Shown piece by piece: positions 1-8,666 of a DNA stretch of 34,736 bases. The position numbers were made by a program, and so were the translations under genes. Numbering within the stretch: the stretch's first letter is position 1; each line of letters opens with the position of its first letter. Below the pieces are notes generated by a model that searched no databases, was not told where the DNA came from, and saw nothing but the letters and a program-made list of their open reading frames with translations. Origin of the DNA: a virus. Taxonomy: Duplodnaviria; Caudoviricetes. The stretch is taken from positions 1 to 34,736 of the IMG/VR virus record IMGVR_UViG_3300031701_000006. One strand, written 5' to 3'.

Positions 1-365
1 GTTGCAGACAGGGTGTCTAGAGCAATTTCCTGCCACGCCGAATCTGATCTGAAATAGAACTTGTTGTTTGTGGTGTCGATCGCGATGGTTCCATCAGCGG
101 CAGCCCCCGAGGGCTCTCCGCTGGTAACCAGGTTGACAACACCGGCGGCGCTGGCATCGAGAGCGTCATCCGTTTTCAGGGTGTTGGCAGCAGAACGGTA
201 CAGAGTGACATCACCGGCAGCATCGCCAGAGCCCCAGGTGATCTTGCCGCCGGCATCAATCCTGACTCGCGGCTCAGAATCCCCATCGACCTTGACCCCG
301 ACCGCCTGCGACGATGCTGCTGCGAGTTCCTCAACGGAGATAGAGGTTTTGAATTTCTGAGCCAC
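1..365 (-). CDS. Tail fibre/virion structural protein, 3'-truncated by the window edge (not in ORF track)
   Basis: GTG at 365-363 with GAGG upstream. The frame is open to the edge: MAQKFKTSISVEE...GKITWGSGDAAGDVTLYRSAANTLKTDD...DGTIAIDTTNNKFYFRSDSAW. The 'DG.IAIDTTNNKFYFR...W' motif is typical of phage fibre N-termini. Confidence 0.75.
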   Translation of the reverse strand, partial: MAQKFKTSISVEELAAASSQAVGVKVDGDSEPRVRIDAGGKITWGSGDAAGDVTLYRSAANTLKTDDALDASAAGVVNLVTSGEPSGAAADGTIAIDTTNNKFYFRSDSAWQEIALDTLSA

Positions 366-418
366 GGCCTCGACCGTACCTTTCTAATCCGCGCTCCTCA
401 GAGCGCTATGAGATTGCC

Positions 419-1972
419 TTAGCCAGTAACAATAGCGACGTAGGCGTTGCTGGCCGGAGCAGTGGAGAAAGTAACAGTGGCCGTGTCAGTAGATGTGCGA
501 ACGACATCTGCGATAACCGTGTCGTAACTGGCCGCGTCGTAAACCTGGATGATTACATCGCGTGTTCCCATGTTGTGAGTGATCACAAATGCTGTTGCAC
601 TACCGTCGCCGATAGTGTCGCTCGCAATGCGAGCAGTTGTTGGCGTGCTGGTTGTCAGACCGGAAGCCGAGACAGCGAGACCGGTAACTGAGAGAACGCC
701 AGATGTGAATGTAATGCCGTGACCAGCAGTACTGCTTGCCAATGCAACATCGTCTGCATTGACAGTAATGCCGTCTCCGGCTCCAACGGCGAGAACGCCG
801 CTGGTGAAAGTTAGACCTGCGCCGCCGGTGCTACTGGCGAGAGCAACATCATCGGCATTGATAGTGATGCCGTCTCCGGATCCGACCGCGAGGACGCCGC
901 TGGTGAAAGTAAGGCCTGCGCCACCGGTGGTGGTTGCCAATGCGACATCGTTGGCGTTGACCGTGATGCCGTCTCCGGCCCCAACTGCAACAATGCCAGT
1001 TGTGAAGGTGAGACCAGCACCACCTATGGCGGCCTGAAGGGCGAGGCCGCTGGCACTTGTACCCAGACCACTGATCCCTGGATCGATTTCGATTTCGAGG
1101 TCGTCGCTGGTGATGACAATGCCGCCGGTAGCAGCCACATTGACGCCGAGTACGTCGCCGGTTTTGCTGAGACCGTCACCGGCAAAGATTGTGCCAGCAA
1201 CCGAGAAGAGGGCAAAGACGAGATCGGTTGTGCCGACAGTGATGTCACCGTCGTTGGTCAGCACCCAGCCGGAATCAGCGTTCGTTGTACCTTCTGAAAC
1301 GAAGGTGAACATTCCTGGCGTCATCTCCGTGTTGGAGTCAGCGTCAGTTGCCCTGCTTGGTGCGCCAGAAGCAGCAACGATGTAAACGCCGTTCTCGGCA
1401 CCAGTACCCTGGTTCTTGACCAGGACCCTGTCGCCGGTGACCAGCGTTACACCATCGAGGGTGTCGCCATTTTCGAGGTCACTTGACAGAGTGAGGGCAG
1501 CCGTAGTGGCGGCTACGACGGATGCCTTGACATCAAGTCCGGTGCGGGCAGCGTCGACGTAAGCCTTGTTGGCCGCATCCAGGTCTGCGGAAGGGGTGGA
1601 AACCTGTATACGACCGCTGCCGTCACGGAGGACGAGCGTGGAGTTGGTGTTGGTGCTTGTGGCGTTGTCGAGTTTTGTTTTGTCTGCACCCGTCAGAAGA
1701 CCGGAATCTCCGCCATTGACAACGTCGGCAATCGAGTAGGTGGCCGTGCCGTTGGATTCAGAAACGGTCAGCGCGTTCGTGTTGGTGGCAAGAGCGTGGA
1801 TCGCCTTGCGCCACGCAGCGCCGTCATAGACCTTGATAACATCTTCGGTCGTGTTGTATATCAATCGACCTTCGAAGTTGCCAGAAGCAGGATCAGACGC
1901 GAGTGCCTCGAGTCGACCGTTCAGAATCTGGTTCTGATTGAGGTCAAGATTGGTAACGAATTTTGTGGCCAT
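419..1972 (-). CDS. Tail fibre-like protein (517 aa) with internal tandem repeats
   Basis: Rich in G/A/T/S/D. It contains DAANKAYVD and DGVTLVTGDRVLVKNQ fibre motifs, 33-aa repeats and a C-terminal ITHNMGTRDV module, and lies at the distal end of the tail operon. Confidence 0.8.
   Translation of the reverse strand: MATKFVTNLDLNQNQILNGRLEALASDPASGNFEGRLIYNTTEDVIKVYDGAAWRKAIHALATNTNALTVSESNGTATYSIADVVNGGDSGLLTGADKTKLDNATSTNTNSTLVLRDGSGRIQVSTPSADLDAANKAYVDAARTGLDVKASVVAATTAALTLSSDLENGDTLDGVTLVTGDRVLVKNQGTGAENGVYIVAASGAPSRATDADSNTEMTPGMFTFVSEGTTNADSGWVLTNDGDITVGTTDLVFALFSVAGTIFAGDGLSKTGDVLGVNVAATGGIVITSDDLEIEIDPGISGLGTSASGLALQAAIGGAGLTFTTGIVAVGAGDGITVNANDVALATTTGGAGLTFTSGVLAVGSGDGITINADDVALASSTGGAGLTFTSGVLAVGAGDGITVNADDVALASSTAGHGITFTSGVLSVTGLAVSASGLTTSTPTTARIASDTIGDGSATAFVITHNMGTRDVIIQVYDAASYDTVIADVVRTSTDTATVTFSTAPASNAYVAIVTG
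686..1021 (-). repeat. About 3.4 tandem copies of a 99-nt / 33-aa coding repeat (GAGLTFTSGVLAVGAGDGITVNADDVALASSTG)
   Basis: Visible in the translation and in the DNA (e.g. atgccgtctccgg recurs at 99-nt spacing). Confidence 0.9.
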
Positions 1973-1982
1973 ATGCCCTGCC

Positions 1983-2264
1983 TTAGGTCAAATACGCGTA
2001 CCCGGAGAACGCTGCTGTGAATGACACCGTGATACTGCTGTCGCTGTTATATGTTACATCACCTACAACATGGGTATCCGAAGTGTCAACGATAGTAACT
2101 GATGGTTTTCCACCCAAAGCATGGGTAATGCTCCATGACGTAGCGGGACTTGCTTGTGTATGGATAAAGCGACGGGTGTTTCCGCCAGGAACAGCACTAC
2201 TTCGCACGACTATTTGATTTGGTGCGTTTTGACTGACAATAACCTGATTTGGAATACCAGTCAT
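1983..2264 (-). CDS. Small tail/fibre-associated protein
   Basis: FIHTQASPATSWSITHALGGKPSVTIVD resembles the C-terminal module of the 419..1972 protein. ATGA overlap with the upstream gene. Confidence 0.7.
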   Translation of the reverse strand: MTGIPNQVIVSQNAPNQIVVRSSAVPGGNTRRFIHTQASPATSWSITHALGGKPSVTIVDTSDTHVVGDVTYNSDSSITVSFTAAFSGYAYLT

Positions 2265-2632
2265 CGTGTCACCTCTGGGATGAGGGTGAAGCCCCCAGAA
2301 ATGACCTTATTTACTTCCGCACCATCAACAAGTTCCAAGTCGTAAACGCCATCCGTGGCAAGTGCAGCCGTCTGGGTGGGAGTCATAATTAAACGAATTT
2401 CACCCATCTCCGCCGACTCCAGTTCGATTCCACTGTTCTCAGTAGTTAGTTCGATCATGAAATTTGCATCCGTGATCAGTCGACGGACATGCATCCGGGC
2501 GGTGAAGCCAGCCAGATTCCAGGGGAGAAATGTCTCTCCACTCGGATCGGTCAGATCGGGGTATTCGAAATTGAGTACCAACAGAAAGGAAGTGCCCTGT
2601 TCCGCCGTGAGATTATAGGTTCCAGCAAGCAT
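2261..2632 (-). CDS. Virion structural protein (BppU/LtfC-like beta-sandwich, tentative)
   Basis: YNLTAEQGTSF...NLAGFTARMHVR...I.L.MTPTQTA.L...GVYDLEL...VISGGF...PEVTR pattern, common in tail regions. AAGGAG SD. Confidence 0.7.
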   Translation of the reverse strand: MLAGTYNLTAEQGTSFLLVLNFEYPDLTDPSGETFLPWNLAGFTARMHVRRLITDANFMIELTTENSGIELESAEMGEIRLIMTPTQTAALATDGVYDLELVDGAEVNKVISGGFTLIPEVTR

Positions 2633-2635
2633 TAA

Positions 2636-2684
2636 GGCCGCTCTCCTTGATCATCTACACTCATTGTAGATGAGGAAAGCGGCC
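2636..2684 (-). promoter_or_regulatory. 20-bp hairpin sequestering the SD of gene 2632, with a TACAAT -10 box (2668-2663) at its loop
   Basis: mRNA GGCCGCUUUCC-UCAUCUACA-augag-UGUAGAUGA-ucaa-GGAGAGCGGCC-UUA-AUG. The single imperfect pair is a G.U on the coding strand. Confidence 0.7.
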
Positions 2685-2712
2685 CCAATGGCTTAGTACG
2701 TTGGTTTGGTTG

Positions 2713-2922
2713 CTAAACGGTCGAAGCCGAATCCTTGTTGGGTCCAACGCCCTTGAGTCCCATCGCCATAGCGATGGAAAGGGCAACGGCAACAACGCCT
2801 GCTTTCAGGTTGTTGACATCGCTGAACCCATCAAAGTCCGCTCCGGTCGCCATCCAAATGCCCAGGTAAGCCTGGACAAATGTACGGACAGCCCGTTCGA
2901 TTGCATCGCGCCAAAAGTTCAT
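2713..2922 (-). CDS. Holin, r1t-like family
   Basis: 69 aa, MNFWRDAIERAVRTFVQA.L N-terminus characteristic of r1t-type holins, two hydrophobic segments. Confidence 0.8.
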   Translation of the reverse strand: MNFWRDAIERAVRTFVQAYLGIWMATGADFDGFSDVNNLKAGVVAVALSIAMAMGLKGVGPNKDSASTV

Positions 2923-3014
2923 GGAGGTGCCTTTCGAAGGTGGATATGATAGTGAGTACCTTATAAGGTGCTCGCCTCCATTTTACCACCTATAGGAATC
3001 AGTAGACCTCCATG
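2920..3014 (-). promoter_or_regulatory. Holin leader: extended -10 TGG-TAAAAT (-10 at 2985-2980) inside a long nested hairpin whose outer stem covers the holin AUG
   Basis: Perfect 9-bp inverted repeat CAUGGAGGU (3014-3006) / ACCUCCAUG (2928-2920), an inner AGGUGG/CCACCU pair and a central near-palindrome at 2954-2973. Confidence 0.6.
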
Positions 3015-3301
3015 TAGGCCACGAGACGGGCCGTGCGACTCTCTTGGGCTTCGATCGCCGCCTTCGTCCCCAGTACAATCCAGGTGGATCCGTCGTAATA
3101 AGCCATTGTTTTAGAGTTGGTTTGTCCGGTTCCACCAGAGTAGGCAGCCATGCCCTCCACCAAAGTGGTGCCTGCTGCAATGGCCGCGTCTCGAGCCGCC
3201 TCATCGACATAGTTCATAACCACCTGTTCGGACAGGTAATCGTTCACATCTGTTGCTTGAAGAATGTCTCCGGTGCTCCACACCTTCAGACCTTTTGCCA
3301 T
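2999..3301 (-). CDS. Minor tail protein
   Basis: KVWSTGDILQATDVNDYL.EQVVM.Y.D.AARDAA...EGM.AY...YYDGSTW, an N-terminal motif typical of actinophage minor tail proteins. GGAGG SD. Confidence 0.65.
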   Translation of the reverse strand: MAKGLKVWSTGDILQATDVNDYLSEQVVMNYVDEAARDAAIAAGTTLVEGMAAYSGGTGQTNSKTMAYYDGSTWIVLGTKAAIEAQESRTARLVAYMEVY

Positions 3302-3312
3302 TTGCGAGCCTC

Positions 3313-4527
3313 CTAGGCTAATTGTCCTTGACCAAGAATACCAAGTCCGACATTACCGATGATGAACACGAACTGGGCAACGGCCGTATGGAAAATTTGA
3401 TACCCAAGCGGCCTGGTTGGTTCTACGACCTCCAACACGTCTGTGGAAATATCACTATTGTTGGAGTCGTAAACGGTCTCAGACTGCAGTGTCTGAATCT
3501 GGATCTTCCAGGGATCGCTCAGGTAATTCGGGATAACGCCGACCCCCTGCGTCCCGGTCAGGACCTGCTGCGCAGATGACACCATCGCGGCACGCGTTCC
3601 TCCGGCATGCCCGTAATATGAATTAAGCAATTGCCAGGTTAGATAATCCGTGATGTCGGCAGTAGTCGTGAAATAATCACGATCAGTGCCCCCAGAATCC
3701 TTACCCTGAACGTTGTTCTTTAACTGTGCCCCAGTGAATTGTGCCAACCATTCTCTCGTTGAGTCCGTAACCTGTTCTGGTGTTGTGAGTTGGCTGGTGG
3801 CAAACTTCTCGGTTCCAGTCTTGCCGGCGGTAAGTTCGTTGAGTTCCAAATCTCTCCACAAAGAGTATGTGAGTAGAACGGAATTTGCCCGATCCGTTAG
3901 GGTGTCGTACAACTTAAACATGGGGTAAGAGGGATCTGTTTGCTCGGAATCTCTATCAAAATAGACATCCGGCATGGAATTGAGTGCGTTCGTAACCATC
4001 ATGCTTCTTATGAAAGCATGATCATCGATAAGACATGGGACCGTTACATAAATTGGGTTGCCCTCATGGCCGTCAAAATCTAGAGTGATGTCAAAATAGC
4101 GGGATGCAAGGTCGAGTGGGTATGGAAAGTAATTGCTACGGGCAACCGTATATTGTTCTTTAACGCCCAACATGCTCCTGGGTGCGTATCCGGCCGGCTG
4201 TGGCTGTCCAGATTCCTTCAAGGAGGTCGTTGCGGTAGTTGGTTTTACGCACTTAAAGAGACAGTGGAACTGCAACTGGGAACCACCGTGTCCCTTCTGG
4301 TTCACGAAAGCATTCTGCAGATACAGGGAGCAGGTGCTGGTGCTGCTTGGAGACACAACGATGGTGTAGTAGTTGAGGTCTTGGGCCTCAGAGTCATTGA
4401 TTGTGCTTGTGGCATTGGACGATGTCGCCCAGTTGTTGGTATAACCGGTTATCGAGACACGCTTGCCGACGGAGTCAAAGGTGTGTGCCTGGTTGGCGCG
4501 ACTCAACAAATTCTGGGTAGTGGACAT
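3313..4527 (-). CDS. Baseplate wedge protein (P2 gpI-like C-terminal part, extra N-terminal beta-rich domain)
   Basis: Directly follows the baseplate J-like gene. Motifs MPDVYFDRD, EWLAQFTG, GTRAAM...AQQVL and PTRPLGY. Confidence 0.6.
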   Translation of the reverse strand: MSTTQNLLSRANQAHTFDSVGKRVSITGYTNNWATSSNATSTINDSEAQDLNYYTIVVSPSSTSTCSLYLQNAFVNQKGHGGSQLQFHCLFKCVKPTTATTSLKESGQPQPAGYAPRSMLGVKEQYTVARSNYFPYPLDLASRYFDITLDFDGHEGNPIYVTVPCLIDDHAFIRSMMVTNALNSMPDVYFDRDSEQTDPSYPMFKLYDTLTDRANSVLLTYSLWRDLELNELTAGKTGTEKFATSQLTTPEQVTDSTREWLAQFTGAQLKNNVQGKDSGGTDRDYFTTTADITDYLTWQLLNSYYGHAGGTRAAMVSSAQQVLTGTQGVGVIPNYLSDPWKIQIQTLQSETVYDSNNSDISTDVLEVVEPTRPLGYQIFHTAVAQFVFIIGNVGLGILGQGQLA

Positions 4528-4529
4528 TA

Positions 4530-6125
4530 CTAAGAGGCCACCGTAATGGTTAAAGTTATCTGGCTTGATGCCGACACGTTCGGGTACGAACCCTTTTGCA
4601 TGTAATAAATATTTGGATCATCAGCAGCAGCCAGGGCAATACCCTCCGTGGTGCCACTGCCATACCATTCGGAAAGCGCGATCGAAGCCGCACTGGACGG
4701 TGCGATCGTGACCTTCTGAACGTACACCACGCCGTCTACGTCGTAGATCTTTCGAGCGATATCCGCTGCGAGAATTGATTCGCTTGTTCCGGTATATCCG
4801 TTGACGCTCAAGTGGGCGACGAGTGCGGCCTTGATGTCGGTGTCCATGGTAGTAGCAGTGCGATTCTTGCCCACAGCGACGGATGCGGTCACCGTCAGGT
4901 CAATCAAATGAGGGTCGACGGAGGCGATGGTCAAACCAGCAATCGTCTTGTTGGAGGCCTGCAGGGCCAGGGCGGTGTGCTCCAGGGCCGTCAACACGCG
5001 GCCAACCCCATACGCAACAATGAGACTATTCCCGGGGTGGGCAGTGGGGCCGGCACCGCCCGGATTTAGTGCTCGGTCGGCAGAAGTGGTCAGGTCGTAT
5101 GTCTTGGATCTTGAAACGTGTGCGTTGCCTGTCAAGATATTTGCATTTAACTGACCTGCGGTGACGGCAGACGACGTCGTGGCGGCCAGATAGGTGGTGG
5201 CCCTGTCTAGATACTCCTTATCGGCTTCAGGGTTAGTTCCAGCACTAAAGTTTGTAACTGCAGCCGTCTTGACGGTGCCAACGTTGGGAATGACTGAACT
5301 AATCACCATGTCCAAGTTTGCAACGGGGGGAGGGTGAACACCAACGGCGAGCGACTGCAACGTGGTGTAAATCGTTGGATACGTTGCCGCCTCATAGGTG
5401 ATCGCTGTTGTTCCCAGGGTGATGGTTGCATAAACATTGCTTACATTCCAAGTGGTACCCGTATTGGCGGTGCCTTCTGTAACGGTCGCATGTTGACTGA
5501 AACTGTACAGAGTTGGAACTATGTAATTGATTACGTCTTGCCCGGGGGACCTCGAAGCAGACCCAGAAGAGACCACGGTATAAATCCCGTTTTCTGCACC
5601 TGCAGTCTGGTCTTTCAACAACACTTTGTCCCCAGTGACCAAGGTCACACCATCAACAGTGTCACCATTCTCCAATGCGGTAGCAATGGCAACATTGGCG
5701 GTTGAAGCAACGCGAACGGTAGTTGTACTGATAACGATGGGATTCACTATGGCGAACGGGTAGTTCACCGTGGCGTCGTTGATGGTTACCGGGTAGGTGC
5801 AGGCGGTTCCGCTACCGATGGTCACATTTACGAGATCGTTCATCGTTATGACAACATCTACGCTTGCCCGCGTTCCTTCATCCCTGGTGACGCCGAGCAT
5901 CCGCGTTAAGCCCTCCATCAACCTATTCGGGAGACGGTTGATGGCCGCGACACTGAGCATTTGCATGTACGAAAACGCCTGGAACATTGCGTCCTCGACG
6001 GTGCCCTGTCGAAGATTGAATTCGGGCAGGGTTACCCGTGCCAACTCCTGGGCGCCGAGGTATATGTCGACAGCGTCGACATCGTGTGGTTTCAGATTGA
6101 CGTAAGAACTGTAATCACCAGGCAT
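4530..6125 (-). CDS. Baseplate J-like protein with inserted fibre-type module
   Basis: LPEFNLRQGTVEDAMFQA, LGVTRDEGTRA, GTNPEADKEYLDRA and IYDVDGVVYV are gpJ/gp47-like motifs. It follows the gp25-like gene. Confidence 0.85.
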   Translation of the reverse strand: MPGDYSSYVNLKPHDVDAVDIYLGAQELARVTLPEFNLRQGTVEDAMFQAFSYMQMLSVAAINRLPNRLMEGLTRMLGVTRDEGTRASVDVVITMNDLVNVTIGSGTACTYPVTINDATVNYPFAIVNPIVISTTTVRVASTANVAIATALENGDTVDGVTLVTGDKVLLKDQTAGAENGIYTVVSSGSASRSPGQDVINYIVPTLYSFSQHATVTEGTANTGTTWNVSNVYATITLGTTAITYEAATYPTIYTTLQSLAVGVHPPPVANLDMVISSVIPNVGTVKTAAVTNFSAGTNPEADKEYLDRATTYLAATTSSAVTAGQLNANILTGNAHVSRSKTYDLTTSADRALNPGGAGPTAHPGNSLIVAYGVGRVLTALEHTALALQASNKTIAGLTIASVDPHLIDLTVTASVAVGKNRTATTMDTDIKAALVAHLSVNGYTGTSESILAADIARKIYDVDGVVYVQKVTIAPSSAASIALSEWYGSGTTEGIALAAADDPNIYYMQKGSYPNVSASSQITLTITVAS

Positions 6126-6421
6126 TATGTGCGCTCCACGAATCCTATGCTTACGTCGATGTCTTCGTTTTCGGAGAGCCCAACGTCGATGTTTGTAATG
6201 ACGACCTCAGGAACAAAGCGTGCGGCCTGGACAACGAACTGCCCTTTATCCACCGCCCGAAATGTCGGATCAAAGATTCCGTACTCTGGGGTCAGCGGGT
6301 GACGATTGGGTTCCGTGAGGACAGCCATCGATAAGAGTTGGTTGTAATACGGCGTAGATCCCTCCCGTAACAGGGCCAGACCACTGGCTGCGAATTTGAT
6401 TGGGAAAGCGATTGTATCCAT
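6125..6421 (-). CDS. Baseplate wedge protein, gp25/gpW-like
   Basis: 98 aa, IAFPIKF...LTEPNRHPLTPEYGI.DPTF...FVPEVVI. Located between the spike and J genes. Confidence 0.75.
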   Translation of the reverse strand: MDTIAFPIKFAASGLALLREGSTPYYNQLLSMAVLTEPNRHPLTPEYGIFDPTFRAVDKGQFVVQAARFVPEVVITNIDVGLSENEDIDVSIGFVERT

Positions 6422-6427
6422 AAGGAG

Positions 6428-6433
6428 ATTTTA
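6428..6433 (-). promoter_or_regulatory. -10 box TAAAAT of a probable leaderless transcript
   Basis: TAAAAT-CTCCTT-ATG (6-nt spacer) with no SD. Confidence 0.55.
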
Positions 6434-6438
6434 CCTCA

Positions 6439-7590
6439 CTAGTCCTCTAGCGCTTCGATCCTGGCGGTAAGTTCTTGAATCGCCTTGATCATGGGGGCTA
6501 TTAGTTCGTCATACCGCAGACCCTGCTTCTCATGTTCCTCAACGGCAGGTCGTCCGGGCAGGTATTCGTCTGCTGGTACCTCCGGCGAGGCTTCAATGGT
6601 TTCCTTGGTCCAGATGGCGGTGTCGGAAGCGTCAGCGCCCAATACTGTTTCAACCTCTTGGGCGATCAACCCGTAGTGTGTCCTGACCCCCTCCCTGCCA
6701 TCCGTGTGAGTCAACTTGAAAGACACGGGACGCAAGGCATTAACAAAGTCCAGTCCTAAGTTGGAATCAACTATGTCAGTCTTGTAGTTCTGATCGGAGG
6801 AAACAATGGGGTTATTGACCAGAAATATCTGGCTCCATTGGAGGCCAGCACTACCCAGATCGTAGTTAGCATCAGAGTATCCAAGAATACTGTACGAACG
6901 AATAGTACGGTTTATCGCCAAAGAACCGTTGGCGTTATTCAAAAATATGGCACTCCACTCACTCCCGCCAGAGACCCACGCTGGAATAAGTTGTAGGTAC
7001 CGATTAGACAAGCCAGTAGCCCTGATAGTCAGCCCACCATTAACATGCTCCGAATGGCCGGTGTGGTACAAGTTGGAGATGCTGGCGTCCTCGTCATAGA
7101 CGTACCAATCCCCTAGGGGTGCGCCTACACCGCCAGTACCCATTATCGTACTATTATCACCAAGCATTATTGAAGCACGATTTGATGTCGGATCAGAAGT
7201 CGGATCGATCTTGAGGGTCACGCCGGTTGGCGTGGTTTGTCCGCCGATATGCACCGGATACTTCGGCTCTTCAACGTTGATGCCTACCATACGTTCGACC
7301 GGCAGGCGATTGATTCGCCCCAGGATGACGACCTCTTCCAACCGGCTCTCAAGGAAGGCGCAGATCACCTGATCGTCCTTGACGTATGGATTCGTCTCCG
7401 GCCCCCTAACGATTGGGACATATCTGAAAGTTGCCTCCAACTCCTTAATGAAGACTTTGACGGACCCCACGTTGCCCCTGTAGCCGCTGAGAGGCTCTTC
7501 CCGACCTACCTCTTTAACGACTCCGCGATACAAACCACCGGGCGGAATTACGTCACTCGCACCACCAGTGGTGCTGTAGAACATGCTCAT
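6439..7590 (-). CDS. Baseplate spike-like protein (gpV/gp5 OB-fold N-terminus) with C-terminal intramolecular chaperone (Peptidase S74-like)
   Basis: N-terminus GLYRGVV...VKVFI...DDQVICAFLE.RLEEVVILGRI. C-terminus SSDQNYKTDI...LRPVSF...HYGLIAQEVE...LRYDELIAPMIKAIQEL. Confidence 0.75.
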   Translation of the reverse strand: MSMFYSTTGGASDVIPPGGLYRGVVKEVGREEPLSGYRGNVGSVKVFIKELEATFRYVPIVRGPETNPYVKDDQVICAFLESRLEEVVILGRINRLPVERMVGINVEEPKYPVHIGGQTTPTGVTLKIDPTSDPTSNRASIMLGDNSTIMGTGGVGAPLGDWYVYDEDASISNLYHTGHSEHVNGGLTIRATGLSNRYLQLIPAWVSGGSEWSAIFLNNANGSLAINRTIRSYSILGYSDANYDLGSAGLQWSQIFLVNNPIVSSDQNYKTDIVDSNLGLDFVNALRPVSFKLTHTDGREGVRTHYGLIAQEVETVLGADASDTAIWTKETIEASPEVPADEYLPGRPAVEEHEKQGLRYDELIAPMIKAIQELTARIEALED

Positions 7591-8663
7591 CGTGTCGCAG
7601 CGGAGAGACCCTCTACCGCATATTCTCGAATGTGAGTCTGGGCTCGCTCTGGCGACCTGAAGTTTACGGTTACCGGGTTGGTGCTCATTTGCTCGTACTC
7701 AACCCTGTCTATTAGAAAGAACCCACCAAGGAAATCAACCGGATGATTCGCCTCATCCCTTATCGTTAGACGAATGGTCATCCCTGGACGAAGGGAGGTT
7801 CCGGAGAACCTGCCAACACTTAGACTCCCGGTGACCTCAAGTGGGTCGTTGTCTGATCTCCTGATATTCGGGATTGCATGCAATTGGATAATGTCATCCG
7901 GGTGGCTTGGCCACTCGACCGGAACGTATGTGAACTCTCTTTGTGCACGCAGACTTGTTACCGGATCCATCCAAGAACCCGTCGCAGTTTCCGTGCCCCA
8001 TTTCCCTAGCAGCCACGCCTGGGAGCCGTAGAAAAAATAACCATTGGCCTCAAACGCTACGAACTGGGTTCTCTCTTTATCCTCCCCTTTGGCGCTACTG
8101 GCCAGCCTCCTGATCACATCCCACCTGGACTCTCCACGTTCTTTCCCATACTGGAAGTGCTGGACGCCATCGCTGCCGCTGCTCATTGATCCCTCGCTAC
8201 CTGCCTGAATGACTGGAATCAAACCAAATTTCCGCACCGTTTCTGCAACCCATGACGATGCGTCAGATACATTTCCTTCTACGATTTTGCTACGATCTCG
8301 CTTCATTTGTTGAATGGCTTTGGTTCGCAACTGCAGTTCCCAAACAGGACTGCTGCCTGGGCCCTGACTTACCGAGGCGGATGCAATCTCCATTAGTTGC
8401 TGAACGTATAGAGCCATTCTTGCCTTGTATGCATATTCACCAAATCCGTGCATCGTGTCGGACGTCCACCAGACATCACGAGTGATCCAAAAGTAATTAT
8501 GCCTAGCCATCGCAAAGTTCTGGTCCAGCACGGAAAGAGACACTTCCGAGGCCATGTCCATGGAGTAACTGACACTCATAGACAAGATCGCCTCGTCTAC
8601 GTCAGAGTCAATGTCTCCCTCTGTCCATGTCAGGCCTGGACCACGTTGTGCTCGCGTTTCCAT
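7587..8663 (-). CDS. Baseplate hub protein (gpD/gp27-like)
   Basis: SMSVSYSMDMASEVSLSVLD, ESRWDVIRRLA, FVAFEANGYFFYG and LRPGMTIRL...GGFFLIDRVEY. Lies just before the spike gene. Confidence 0.7.
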   Translation of the reverse strand: METRAQRGPGLTWTEGDIDSDVDEAILSMSVSYSMDMASEVSLSVLDQNFAMARHNYFWITRDVWWTSDTMHGFGEYAYKARMALYVQQLMEIASASVSQGPGSSPVWELQLRTKAIQQMKRDRSKIVEGNVSDASSWVAETVRKFGLIPVIQAGSEGSMSSGSDGVQHFQYGKERGESRWDVIRRLASSAKGEDKERTQFVAFEANGYFFYGSQAWLLGKWGTETATGSWMDPVTSLRAQREFTYVPVEWPSHPDDIIQLHAIPNIRRSDNDPLEVTGSLSVGRFSGTSLRPGMTIRLTIRDEANHPVDFLGGFFLIDRVEYEQMSTNPVTVNFRSPERAQTHIREYAVEGLSAATR

Positions 8664-8666
8664 TTA

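Noticed and set aside
391-406. GCGCTC-ctca-GAGCGC hairpin between fibre genes as a terminator
   Set aside because: The stem is only 6 bp with no U-tract on the coding strand, so its function cannot be supported.
686-1021. Regular repeats as a CRISPR array or DGR template/variable repeat
   Set aside because: They are in-frame coding repeats with no unique spacers, no adenine-specific variation pattern and no reverse transcriptase in the window.
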